A stretch of DNA of 64,000 nucleotides from Candidatus Latescibacterota bacterium (GTDB lineage Bacteria; Latescibacterota; UBA2968; GCA-2709665), in assembly GCA_965237675.1 (NCBI GenBank), contig OZ250150.1:448001-512000 (forward strand), written 5' to 3'. Shown in pieces: positions 35,018 through 44,024 of the stretch. Numbering within the stretch: the stretch's first letter is position 1; each line of letters starts with the position of its first letter. The translations under genes were made by a program, and so were the position numbers. Under the pieces are notes generated by a model. The model searched no databases. It saw only the letters and a list, made by a program, of their open reading frames with translations, and was not told the DNA's origin.

Positions 35018-37204
35018 ATGACAATACAGGTCGAAGGCAGTGTTCGGGAAATGGCATCGGAACGCGGGCTGGAGAACGTCTGCGTTTCCAACGGGGAGCA
35101 CGTGGTGCGGACGGATGCCAACGGGCGCTACGCCCTGGAGATATCGCCGGGCGGGCATCGGTTCATTTTCGTCACGGTTCCCGGCGGTTACCGGCTCGGT
35201 GAGGCTTTCTACCGGTCAACGCTCGGATGGTCCGGCGACCAACGCGGGGTCGATTTCGAGCTCGCAAGACTGCCGGATGCGGACCGGCGAGACTTTTCAA
35301 TGGCCCATATCAGCGATACCCACGTCGTGCTGGACGAAGAACGGATACAGGGTAAAGTGCTGTCGCAGGATCTGCGACAGCTTGAGCGGGAAGCCCACCC
35401 GGACCTGATCGTTGCGAGCGGGGATCTGACCGATTGGGGGACGCTGGAGGAACTCGAACAGTTTCACGCTGCGATTAAAAGCATTTCGACGCCGGTAATG
35501 CCCATGTTCGGCGGGCACGACGGAAATCACGAGCGTTTCGGCGACCTGACTGTCGACGAGCTTGTCGCAATGAAACACAGGAGGGAATACGCAAAGATCG
35601 AGGAGATCCTGAAGCAGCGCGAAGGTGAACCCTTCACGCGCAACTATGAACAGGTACTCGGCCCCCCGTATTACAGTTTCGATCGCGGGCGATGGCATTT
35701 TGTCCTCTATCCGAACGAGGATAATTTCTACCCGCCGCCGGACCGGAAGGGTAAGGAAGACTGGCTGTGGGCGGACTTGGCGCAGCAGCAGCCGGACCGT
35801 GAAATCGTCGTGCTCCTGCATAAACCGCCGTCCATTCCTTTCCTGAATTCGTTGAGTCCGTACCGGGTAAAGCTGGTCATGCATGGGCACTGGCACTCCA
35901 GCAAGGTGTTCACCCGGAACGGGATTGTCGTTGCGGCGGTACCGCCGCTCTGTTTCGGCGGTCTGGATACACGGCCGCGGGGTTATCGTTTCGTTGAGTT
36001 TCGAGAGGCGGATTTCGAGTTCGGGCTCAGGCCTCTCACACGGACCGCCAGCCCGTTGCCCCGTCAAGATAGTGATCCGATTTCGCTCGACGAGGCGGGC
36101 AAGAGCCTTCGGCTTCTCTGGACGCATCGTCTTCCGGTGGGGCTGCACCGGGCGGCGCCGGTCCGTTCCGGCGATCGAATCCTCGTGAGCCTGGCCGACG
36201 AAGGATATCCCGCGCAGAGCGGCGTCGCCTGCGTCAACGCACGAAGCGGCGCGCTTTCGTGGCGGATGTTTACGGATACTTCGGTGAAAAACAGCGTGGC
36301 CGTGACGCCTCCCGCGGAATCGGCAGAAGACGAATCGGATTTGTGTGCGGCGGTGTCCGTTGCCGGTAGAGTGTATGTCATTGAAACGGGCTCAGGTCGC
36401 ATTCGCTGGCAGGCCGACCTGCCCGGTTTTCCGGAACGGTGGATCTATGCCTCTCCGGTGATTGACGGCGAGACGGTGTACGCCGGCGGCAAAGCCGGTA
36501 TCGGCGCTTACGACCTCAATACCGGGGGCCAAAAGTGGTACGCTGAAATCGAAGGCGGCGACGGCTGGCCCTGCTACGCGAGCCCACAGGTCTGCGGCGA
36601 CCTGCTCATTGTGCTCGTCCAGCGACGAGGGCTATTGGCGTTGGACAGGCGCAAAGGGACCGTGGTCTGGGAGCGCACCCTGGGCGTCGAAAATCCCTAT
36701 GCTCGGCCCGTAGTGGATCGCGGCATGCTGGTCAGCGGGAGCGACGCCCCCAGTCTTCACTGGTTTGAAGGGGACCCGGCGCATCTGGCTGTCATGAGAG
36801 TCGATACCGGCAGGTTGATATGGCACCGGCCCGTGCTTCCGTCGAGGTATCCCACCGGGCTTGCGGTGAGGGACGAACGGTTGTACGCGACAACGCCGGA
36901 CGGCGAGGCATTGTGTTTCGACATCCCATCGGGTGCGTTGTTGTGGCGCTTCCAGTCGGGCAATGATCTAATGGACATGGTTCCTGCGCGCCGCGGGGTT
37001 CGATCCATCCTTGCGGCGCCGGTTATCCATAAGGACTGTCTGCTCATATGTGGCGTAGACGGTTGCCTGTACATACTGAACGCCCGGACCGGCGCATGCA
37101 TCAGCCGTACGGACCTGGGCTCCCCGATCGCGGCCGCTCCATGTCTAACGGAGGACGGGTTCTGCGTGGGTACCTATGACGGGCGGATATGTGGCTTTGG
37201 ATAA
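35018..37204 (+). CDS. Calcineurin-like metallophosphoesterase with PQQ-like beta-propeller repeats
   Basis: N-terminal VSNG...TDANGRY; ISDTH, SGDLTD, GGHD, HGHWH; repeated xxGxxxW propeller motifs. Confidence 0.85.
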   Translation: MTIQVEGSVREMASERGLENVCVSNGEHVVRTDANGRYALEISPGGHRFIFVTVPGGYRLGEAFYRSTLGWSGDQRGVDFELARLPDADRRDFSMAHISDTHVVLDEERIQGKVLSQDLRQLEREAHPDLIVASGDLTDWGTLEELEQFHAAIKSISTPVMPMFGGHDGNHERFGDLTVDELVAMKHRREYAKIEEILKQREGEPFTRNYEQVLGPPYYSFDRGRWHFVLYPNEDNFYPPPDRKGKEDWLWADLAQQQPDREIVVLLHKPPSIPFLNSLSPYRVKLVMHGHWHSSKVFTRNGIVVAAVPPLCFGGLDTRPRGYRFVEFREADFEFGLRPLTRTASPLPRQDSDPISLDEAGKSLRLLWTHRLPVGLHRAAPVRSGDRILVSLADEGYPAQSGVACVNARSGALSWRMFTDTSVKNSVAVTPPAESAEDESDLCAAVSVAGRVYVIETGSGRIRWQADLPGFPERWIYASPVIDGETVYAGGKAGIGAYDLNTGGQKWYAEIEGGDGWPCYASPQVCGDLLIVLVQRRGLLALDRRKGTVVWERTLGVENPYARPVVDRGMLVSGSDAPSLHWFEGDPAHLAVMRVDTGRLIWHRPVLPSRYPTGLAVRDERLYATTPDGEALCFDIPSGALLWRFQSGNDLMDMVPARRGVRSILAAPVIHKDCLLICGVDGCLYILNARTGACISRTDLGSPIAAAPCLTEDGFCVGTYDGRICGFG

Positions 37205-37418
37205 CGGGCCTGATGAGGAAGGAGAGCACACCGTTCAACTTCATGCTGTTTCTGTCCAATGCGGTGGCAAACTTGCCCGGGTGACGTAAGTCATTACATT
37301 CCCATCGCTTCGCCCGATTGGTGCCTGGACGGCTTCCCTGCGACAGACAGGCGCGGGTTTGTGCGACCTTGACAAGCTGGCGAGTAAGTGATAAATGATT
37401 ATATGCTATCTCGTCTGT

Positions 37419-37462
37419 TTGTCAAATTCAACCTTGACAATTGCTCTAATAAGAACTAAATT
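37419..37462 (+). promoter_or_regulatory. Putative abiE promoter with inverted-repeat operator
   Basis: TTGTCAA-N8-TTGACAA palindrome (37419-37440) whose right arm is a TTGACA -35; 17 nt to TAAATT. Confidence 0.5.
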
Positions 37463-37502
37463 CATTACGTCTATGTCGACTGATCATCAAAAAAGGGGTC
37501 CG

Positions 37503-38309
37503 GTGAGGCTCAATGAATTCCTGGCGCAGCACGCCGTGTTCACGGTAGACGAGTTGGATCGCTTCCTGGCCGATCGGGGGTCAGGCAACACGAATACCCG
37601 CAAGTCGCTGCTGACCTACCACCGCAAGCGAGGTCGGGTCGTCCGGGTTCGCCGCGGACTTTATGCGGCCGTTCCCTGGGGAACGGACCCGGCATCCACG
37701 CCGGTCGATCCGTATCTCGTGGCGGCCAAAATGACCGGGGACGCGGTGCTGGCCTACCACACGGCGATGGAATTCCATGGAAGGGCCTACTCGGTCCATT
37801 GGAGACTGGTCTACGTCTCGGCGAGCAAGTCGCTACCACTCACGTTCCAATCTCATACATTCCGTAGCGCCCCCGTGCCGCCGCCACTCCGGGCAAGGGG
37901 CGAGGAAATGTTCGGAGTCGCCCGCCACAAGCGCTCCGGCGTAGAAGTCCGGGTTACCAACCATGAAAGGACCCTGGTCGATGTTCTGGATCGACCGGAC
38001 CTGACAGGAAGCTGGGAAGAGATATGGCGGTCTCTGGAGGCGGTGGAGTTCTTCGATCTGGATCAGGTCATCGAGTACGCTATTTTGCTGGAAAATGCGA
38101 CGACCGCGGCGAAGGTGGGATTCTTTCTGGAACAACACAGGGACTCACTGATGGTTGAAGAGGCCCACCTGGATACGCTGCGCAAGATGCGTCCTCGTCA
38201 GCCCCACTATCTGGAGCGGAAAAACTCCAAAGGCTGCCGACTGGTCAAAGGCTGGAACCTGATGATACCCGCCGAAATCCTGAATCGAGCCTGGGAGGAA
38301 ATTCTGTGA
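37503..38309 (+). CDS. abiEi: AbiEi-type antitoxin / transcriptional regulator (type IV TA)
   Basis: wHTH RVRRGLY, LAYHTAMEFHG, VTNHERTLVDVL, AKVGFFLE; start GTG 37503 or ATG 37473. Confidence 0.82.
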   Translation: MRLNEFLAQHAVFTVDELDRFLADRGSGNTNTRKSLLTYHRKRGRVVRVRRGLYAAVPWGTDPASTPVDPYLVAAKMTGDAVLAYHTAMEFHGRAYSVHWRLVYVSASKSLPLTFQSHTFRSAPVPPPLRARGEEMFGVARHKRSGVEVRVTNHERTLVDVLDRPDLTGSWEEIWRSLEAVEFFDLDQVIEYAILLENATTAAKVGFFLEQHRDSLMVEEAHLDTLRKMRPRQPHYLERKNSKGCRLVKGWNLMIPAEILNRAWEEIL

Positions 38310-39274
38310 GATTCACTGTTTCAGAAATCCTTCCCTCAGCAAGAGCCAACGGGTTCAACGAGGAAGTAGTCAAGAAGGTTCTCCATCTGTTGCATCTCTT
38401 GACAACTCTGAACACTCATCCGTCGCTCAAGGGGAAGTGGGTCCTGAAGGGCGGCACGGCCTTGAATCTATTTGTGTTCCGCCATCCCAGGTTGTCTGTA
38501 GACATCGACCTCAACTACATCGGCGCGTTGGGTCGCGAGGAAATGCTGGCGGAACGGCCAAGGATCGAGCAGGCGGCTCAGGCGGTCTTTTCCCGAGAAG
38601 GTTTCGCCATCCGGAATGTACCGGTCGTACATGCAGGTGGAAAGTGGCGGTTGAACTACGCAAGCTACACCGGACAATCCAGGAACCTCGACGTAGATTT
38701 GAATTTCATGTTCAGACAGCCGCTTTGGGAGCTTCACCATGTCGATTCTCATCCAATCGGCGACTTCCAGGCCAAGGGCATCCCCGTTCTTGATATACAC
38801 GAACTCGTGGCCGGAAAGCTTTCGGCTTTATTTTCCCGCAGACAAGCGAGAGATCTGTTCGACTGCCATCAGGTACTCCATACGGACGATCTCCAGCACG
38901 ACCGGCTCCGCATCGCCTTCGTCGTGTATGGAGGGATGAACCGCAAGGACTGGAGGACCGTCTCGGTGGAAGATGTGGAATACGACGGCGCGGAATTTGA
39001 GGGACAACTCGGTCCCACTCTTCGCGAACCCAAATTGCGAGAGCGAGCGGCGTTGGCGGAATTCGGGGCGCATCTTGTAGAGGAATGCAAGAATGCTCTG
39101 TGTGCCGTCCTACCGTTTACAGATTCGGAGCGCTCATTCCTCGACCTGTTGCTTGATGAGGGGGAAATCGATGCGAAAATCCTGACCTCCGAAGCGACCC
39201 TGCGGGAGCGCATCCAGGCCCAGCCGCTTCTCCAATGGAAAGCATTTAACGTGCGGCGTCACAAGGATTTGTAG
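38306..39274 (+). CDS. abiEii: AbiEii/AbiGii nucleotidyltransferase toxin
   Basis: LKGGTALNL...RLSVDIDL, GKLSAL..R..ARDLFD; GTGA overlap. Confidence 0.9.
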   Translation: MRFTVSEILPSARANGFNEEVVKKVLHLLHLLTTLNTHPSLKGKWVLKGGTALNLFVFRHPRLSVDIDLNYIGALGREEMLAERPRIEQAAQAVFSREGFAIRNVPVVHAGGKWRLNYASYTGQSRNLDVDLNFMFRQPLWELHHVDSHPIGDFQAKGIPVLDIHELVAGKLSALFSRRQARDLFDCHQVLHTDDLQHDRLRIAFVVYGGMNRKDWRTVSVEDVEYDGAEFEGQLGPTLREPKLRERAALAEFGAHLVEECKNALCAVLPFTDSERSFLDLLLDEGEIDAKILTSEATLRERIQAQPLLQWKAFNVRRHKDL

Positions 39275-39379
39275 CATTCCCCGAGGCTCTCAACTCCTGA
39301 AGCCCGGCAGTCTCTGTTCGACAATATTCACGGTGGCGATGTATTTTGCAGTTAGAGATCGCGAGATCACGGAGGTTCC

Positions 39380-40381
39380 ATGATGAAGCCCGTACAATCA
39401 CAGCCCTGGGAACGACCGGACACGCCTATTTTCAGCAATTCACCGCCGCCTCAACCGTGGATGCGATGTAACATATACTGTCCGCGTGTCATTTACGCCG
39501 AGGGTAAGTACCGGATGTGGTTTTCCGGTTCGGAGGTGCGTCCGACGCTGTACAGAACGTGTATCGGATACGCCGAATCGGACGACGGCCTCGCCTGGAC
39601 GCTCCACCCCGACAATCCGATTCTGACGGCCGACAGTCTTACATGGGGTCAGAGCCTGCATACCCCCAGAGTGCTGTACGACGAGGACGAGCAACATTAC
39701 AAGATGTGGTTCCTGAGCACGACCCACGTGGAGTATCGGGACGACGGCATCCTCGCGAATGATATCGGGTCGGCCATGGGGTATGCCACAAGCCAGGACG
39801 GGATCCGCTGGGATTTCTGGCCCGAGCCCCTGATCCGGGAATGCCGGGCGCCGTGCGTTCACAAGGAAGACGGCCGCTATCGTATGTGGCTCAACGCCAG
39901 GCCCAACCCCGATGACTCGTGGGAAACGGCCTATGCGTACGTCTACGAATACGCGTCGGAGGATGGGATTGCATGGACGCGGCGTGAACACCCGGCGGTT
40001 CAGGCAACGGGCAACACGAAGTCGTGCGTCTATCCGGAAGTTCATAAGATCAATGGGACGTATTACATGTGGCATATCGGACATCTGAAGAAGAAGGACG
40101 GTCCGATGAATATGGTCTACCACGAGATCTTCTGCGATACGTCGACAGATGGAATTAACTGGACGCTGAATCACGAGACCCCCGCGTTTGCCGCCTCGCG
40201 GGATCTGGAACGTTTCGACTGGAAGACGGTATCGACGCCGTGCGTGGTGGATATCGGCGACACGTTGCGGCTGTATTACGCGGGGTGCAATCTGAAGACA
40301 AATTTCAATCTGTTCGAGGGTGGCGACAACGGCGAGGGGATGCATATCGCCGTGGCGACAATGGCCAAAGATCAATTGTAG
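39380..40381 (+). CDS. Five-bladed beta-propeller glycosidase-like protein (GH32/43/130-like fold)
   Basis: Repeated PxV...YxMW and YAxSxDGxxW blades. Confidence 0.65.
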   Translation: MMKPVQSQPWERPDTPIFSNSPPPQPWMRCNIYCPRVIYAEGKYRMWFSGSEVRPTLYRTCIGYAESDDGLAWTLHPDNPILTADSLTWGQSLHTPRVLYDEDEQHYKMWFLSTTHVEYRDDGILANDIGSAMGYATSQDGIRWDFWPEPLIRECRAPCVHKEDGRYRMWLNARPNPDDSWETAYAYVYEYASEDGIAWTRREHPAVQATGNTKSCVYPEVHKINGTYYMWHIGHLKKKDGPMNMVYHEIFCDTSTDGINWTLNHETPAFAASRDLERFDWKTVSTPCVVDIGDTLRLYYAGCNLKTNFNLFEGGDNGEGMHIAVATMAKDQL

Positions 40382-40441
40382 AGCCCATGGGGGTATGTCA
40401 TATACCAAAGTGGAAGACCAGGCGGTGAAACAGGAGCCGGT

Positions 40442-41320
40442 ATGCCGCGTGCAATCGATTTGACATTGGAGGTTCTGAAGGCCGACGATATCTTTCCCAT
40501 ACCGGACCGGAAGAGCCGGATGAAGTGGAACGGACCCTGGTGGCACATGGCGACGCTGTACGAGATGGGGGAATCCGCGCGTATTCCGGAATCGGCCGTC
40601 ATCAAGGCGCTGGAACTGCTGAAGAATGGCGCCTGGCCCAGGTTCGTCATCACACGCGAGGATGCGCCGCGGCACGTTGCGGATCGGGCAAAAATGGACT
40701 GTTGCCACTGCGAGTTAGGCGTATTTTACATGATACTGGCATCGTGTGGATGCGACGTGGATGCCGAACTGCCCTGGATGCGAGAGTGGTTCGTGCAACA
40801 CCAATTGCCGGACGGCGGCTTGAATTGCTCGCCGGTTGCCTATCGCGGGTCAGGAAAAAGCTCCATCGTTTCTACGCTGCCGCCACTGGAAGCCGTTCTC
40901 TTCTTCACCAATCGAAAATACACAGACGCCGAAGAGAACTTCGTGGCTGAGGGCGCGCGGTACCTCATTGAACATCGCCTGGTTTGCTCGAAGATAGACG
41001 GCCGTGTCATCAACCGCGCGTGGTTGAAGCCGCTCTTTCCCCGCTTCTTCGAATACGATATCCTCCGGGGGATGTACTTTTTGGTCGAGTGGTCCGGAAG
41101 AACCGGGAGATCGCTTCCCGTTGAGGTACTCAAGGATGGCCTTGACCGGCTCCGTTGCCAAATCGGCTCATCCGGGGTGGTCATCGGAAGACATGTGAAT
41201 GATAAAAACGGCGGGTGGCACGGGAGCACGTTCCCGCTTCTTGAGTCGGTCGGCGCCGTTGGGACGGTATCGCCATTCCTTACGAACCAGTTGAACACGG
41301 TGCTCCATGCCGTTCGTTAG
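40442..41320 (+). CDS. Hypothetical protein, prenyltransferase/squalene-cyclase-like alpha-toroid
   Basis: KWNGPWW, QLPDGGLNC (QW-like repeat), FPRFFEYDILRG. Confidence 0.55.
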   Translation: MPRAIDLTLEVLKADDIFPIPDRKSRMKWNGPWWHMATLYEMGESARIPESAVIKALELLKNGAWPRFVITREDAPRHVADRAKMDCCHCELGVFYMILASCGCDVDAELPWMREWFVQHQLPDGGLNCSPVAYRGSGKSSIVSTLPPLEAVLFFTNRKYTDAEENFVAEGARYLIEHRLVCSKIDGRVINRAWLKPLFPRFFEYDILRGMYFLVEWSGRTGRSLPVEVLKDGLDRLRCQIGSSGVVIGRHVNDKNGGWHGSTFPLLESVGAVGTVSPFLTNQLNTVLHAVR

Positions 41321-41766
41321 CCTTCTTTCCCGGAAATAAATCGCCGAAAATCGCCCGGTCCGAAAGGCGACTGCACCCTTAGCCGCTCCCTGAGCCTGCG
41401 GTCTCTGCGCCTTGCCCTGAGCTTGGCAAAAGGGGCAGCGGAATGTGGTACGAAGCCAAACCGCGCGGCGGCCCGTCCCGGTCTACCTCATGGCCGCCCG
41501 GTCGCGGTGAGGGGGCTCTTCCGCGCTATTCCGTCCGTTGGCCTTGCCCTGAGTGTACCTCAAGCGTTCGCAGGGCAGTAAGTTCGGTGTACTTCACTGT
41601 CGTAATTCGCGGAAGAGCAGCCCCGCGGCGTCTGAGCGGCGCCCTTCTTTTTCGCCCTTTTTCTTGGGCGATGCAAGAAAAAAGGCAAGGGAATAGGGGA
41701 CGTTTGGGGTGGGTGAATTTCGACCTTCAGTATATTCCCTTGACCCGAAACCGGGAGGCACAACCC

Positions 41767-42123
41767 ATGACGGCGGCGCGATATATCGTCTTTACGGACA
41801 ACGTCGAACGCATGGTTTCGTTCTACCGGGACCGGATGAAGATGACGATCCTGATGCCCCCGGAAGCGATTGACCACGACCCCGAAGGCTGGGTTCGATT
41901 GGTCAGCGGAGGGGTGGAGGTCGCCATCCACTGCGCAGGAAAACCCGGTTGCGCCGGGCGGAATCGAAACAAACTCGTCTTCATTGTCAAAGACGTCGGT
42001 TCAGCGCGCGAGGAACTTCGGAAAGCCGGCGTACGGATGGGAGAGCATCATTTCTACCCAAAGTCCGAATGTTGCGACTTCAAGGATCCCGATGGAAACA
42101 AGCTGCAGATTTCGAATCGGTGA
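41767..42123 (+). CDS. VOC/glyoxalase family protein
   Basis: MVSFYRDRM, FKDPDGNKLQI; GGAGG RBS. Confidence 0.8.
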   Translation: MTAARYIVFTDNVERMVSFYRDRMKMTILMPPEAIDHDPEGWVRLVSGGVEVAIHCAGKPGCAGRNRNKLVFIVKDVGSAREELRKAGVRMGEHHFYPKSECCDFKDPDGNKLQISNR

Positions 42124-42164
42124 TGTCGGGGACCGTTTCAATCTCGAAAAAAGAGGAGAATCCC

Positions 42165-42581
42165 ATGGAAGTCAGTGAGGTCGTCCCCTTTTTCGCGGTG
42201 AAAGACATGGAGAAATCATTGGCGTTCTACGTCGACGGGCTGGGCTTCAAGATGGAGGGCAAGTGGGTAGACGAAGGCGTTATCAGGTGGTGCATGTTGC
42301 GCATCGGTAATGCCGCGGTGATGCTCCAGGAATTCAGGACCGAAGGCCATGATTCACGGCAATTCAGCGAGAAAAAAGGGGAACGTGTCTCGCTGTTCTT
42401 TTTTTGCGACGACGCCGTCGGATACTATAGGGACATCAAGTCTCGTGACGTTGACGCCTCTGAACCGCAAGTCGGCAACAGAATGTGGGTCACGTCCGTT
42501 TCGGACCCCGACGGGTACCATTTATCCTTTGAAAGCCCCACCGACGTTCCGGAAGAGACGAAATTATCGGAAGTAGAATGA
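42165..42581 (+). CDS. VOC/bleomycin-resistance family protein
   Basis: VKDMEKSLAFYVDGLGF, DPDGYHLSFE; GAGGAG RBS. Confidence 0.85.
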   Translation: MEVSEVVPFFAVKDMEKSLAFYVDGLGFKMEGKWVDEGVIRWCMLRIGNAAVMLQEFRTEGHDSRQFSEKKGERVSLFFFCDDAVGYYRDIKSRDVDASEPQVGNRMWVTSVSDPDGYHLSFESPTDVPEETKLSEVE

Positions 42582-42658
42582 GATGAATTTGCAATGGTCA
42601 GGAGCAGAGGTGTCGTCGTGAATCCTTGTCGGACCAGGTCTGAATTGGGAGGTGTCGG

Positions 42659-43897
42659 ATGACGGATGCGGAACTGGAAGCAAAGGCCAACCGGATCCAG
42701 GCCGTGGTGGAGGGCAACGTGCTGCAGGCGCACGGGATGGTGCCCATGCTTGTGCGCGCCGGCGATTACCAGTTGCCGACAGAGGAGGATTACCGCGGCG
42801 CCTATCGCCACCGGCATCTCCTGGGCAAGACGGAAGCGGAGATCGGGATGGCGCCGATGCACGTCTGGCGGGCCTGGGAGAATACGCCTACCGACACCGC
42901 GTGGTATCTCGGAGCGATGAGCTACCGGTATCGGTGCACCGGGGGTTCCGACGTCCTTGAGATCTGCCGGCGGACCTTCGGGGCGCTCAAGTACATTCAC
43001 TCACTCGGGGTTGAAAACGGCGAGCGGGGTTACATGTGCAAACCCTATGGCGGCGTGTACAGCAACCAGTCTTCGGGCGACCAGGTACAGTGCATTCTGG
43101 TCGGGCTCGCCGCCTACCGCCCTATTGCGCCGCCTGAAGACCTCCCCCGTATAGACGAAATCATTGTGGACATGGCTGATTTCGACATCAAATGGGAGTA
43201 CGTCTCCCCTCACGGTTATTTCGGCTATACCTATGAATCGCTGGTGAAATCCATTCTGGGTGAGAACTGGATCAATGCCGGCTGGTCCTACGCCATCATA
43301 CATACGCCCCTGCTCTACCTGGCCTGGCAGGCCACGGGCGATCCGAAATACCTCCGGGAAATCGAGCGATGGTACGAGGCCTGCGATACGGGCGTCAGGT
43401 TCGAACGCCCCACGGGAAAGCTGACCGGCGGCATCGGCTGGCGCGCGCTTTACCTGCCGGCGCTATTGATGTGTTTCGACCCGGCGAACCACGAATTGTG
43501 GCGAAGCCTGATGCTACAGACATACGACGTGCTTCGAACCGGCGTGCTGGACAACGGGACATCACCCTACCGGTGGACCTATGATATGGAAAGTGGCGAG
43601 CGCGATATCCCGCCCGCCACGTTGTGGGGGGCGGGCCCCGCCACGACAGGCAGGTCGGGCATCTTCGCAAGGGCATGCGTCGCCGCACAGCCGTGGTTTC
43701 ACGAGGAGGATATGGCGTCCACCGCACGGCACATTCTGGAAAACCTGGATCTCGATACGTTTCGGTTTATCCTGCCGTTGGAGAAAGACCAGCCGGTACC
43801 GCCGGAGTGGAAAGTCGAGACCCGGCTGCTGGACATGGATAGCCTGACGGGATGGCTGTGGGGATACTGGGAGGGCCGGTGGTACGGGTACTGGTAG
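42659..43897 (+). CDS. Hypothetical protein, possible (alpha/alpha)6 glycosidase-like fold
   Basis: Host-like codon usage, GGAGG RBS, WENTPTDT, SGDQ, AWQATGDPKY helix repeats. Confidence 0.55.
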   Translation: MTDAELEAKANRIQAVVEGNVLQAHGMVPMLVRAGDYQLPTEEDYRGAYRHRHLLGKTEAEIGMAPMHVWRAWENTPTDTAWYLGAMSYRYRCTGGSDVLEICRRTFGALKYIHSLGVENGERGYMCKPYGGVYSNQSSGDQVQCILVGLAAYRPIAPPEDLPRIDEIIVDMADFDIKWEYVSPHGYFGYTYESLVKSILGENWINAGWSYAIIHTPLLYLAWQATGDPKYLREIERWYEACDTGVRFERPTGKLTGGIGWRALYLPALLMCFDPANHELWRSLMLQTYDVLRTGVLDNGTSPYRWTYDMESGERDIPPATLWGAGPATTGRSGIFARACVAAQPWFHEEDMASTARHILENLDLDTFRFILPLEKDQPVPPEWKVETRLLDMDSLTGWLWGYWEGRWYGYW

Positions 43898-44024
43898 GCG
43901 CATGGACGGGCAACCTGGAATCTGAACGGTCTCGAAGCCGGCCATCCTCCTGCGCAAGGATGAGAGAGATCCAACCAGGCGGTTTGCGGGAATCACATCA
44001 TCAGGACACACACGGGAGGATCGG

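Noticed and set aside
41385-41580. REP-like CCCTGAG repeats and the 5' extension of ORF 41443
   Set aside because: Only degenerate partial palindromes; the VOC gene more plausibly starts at 41767 after a GGAGG RBS.
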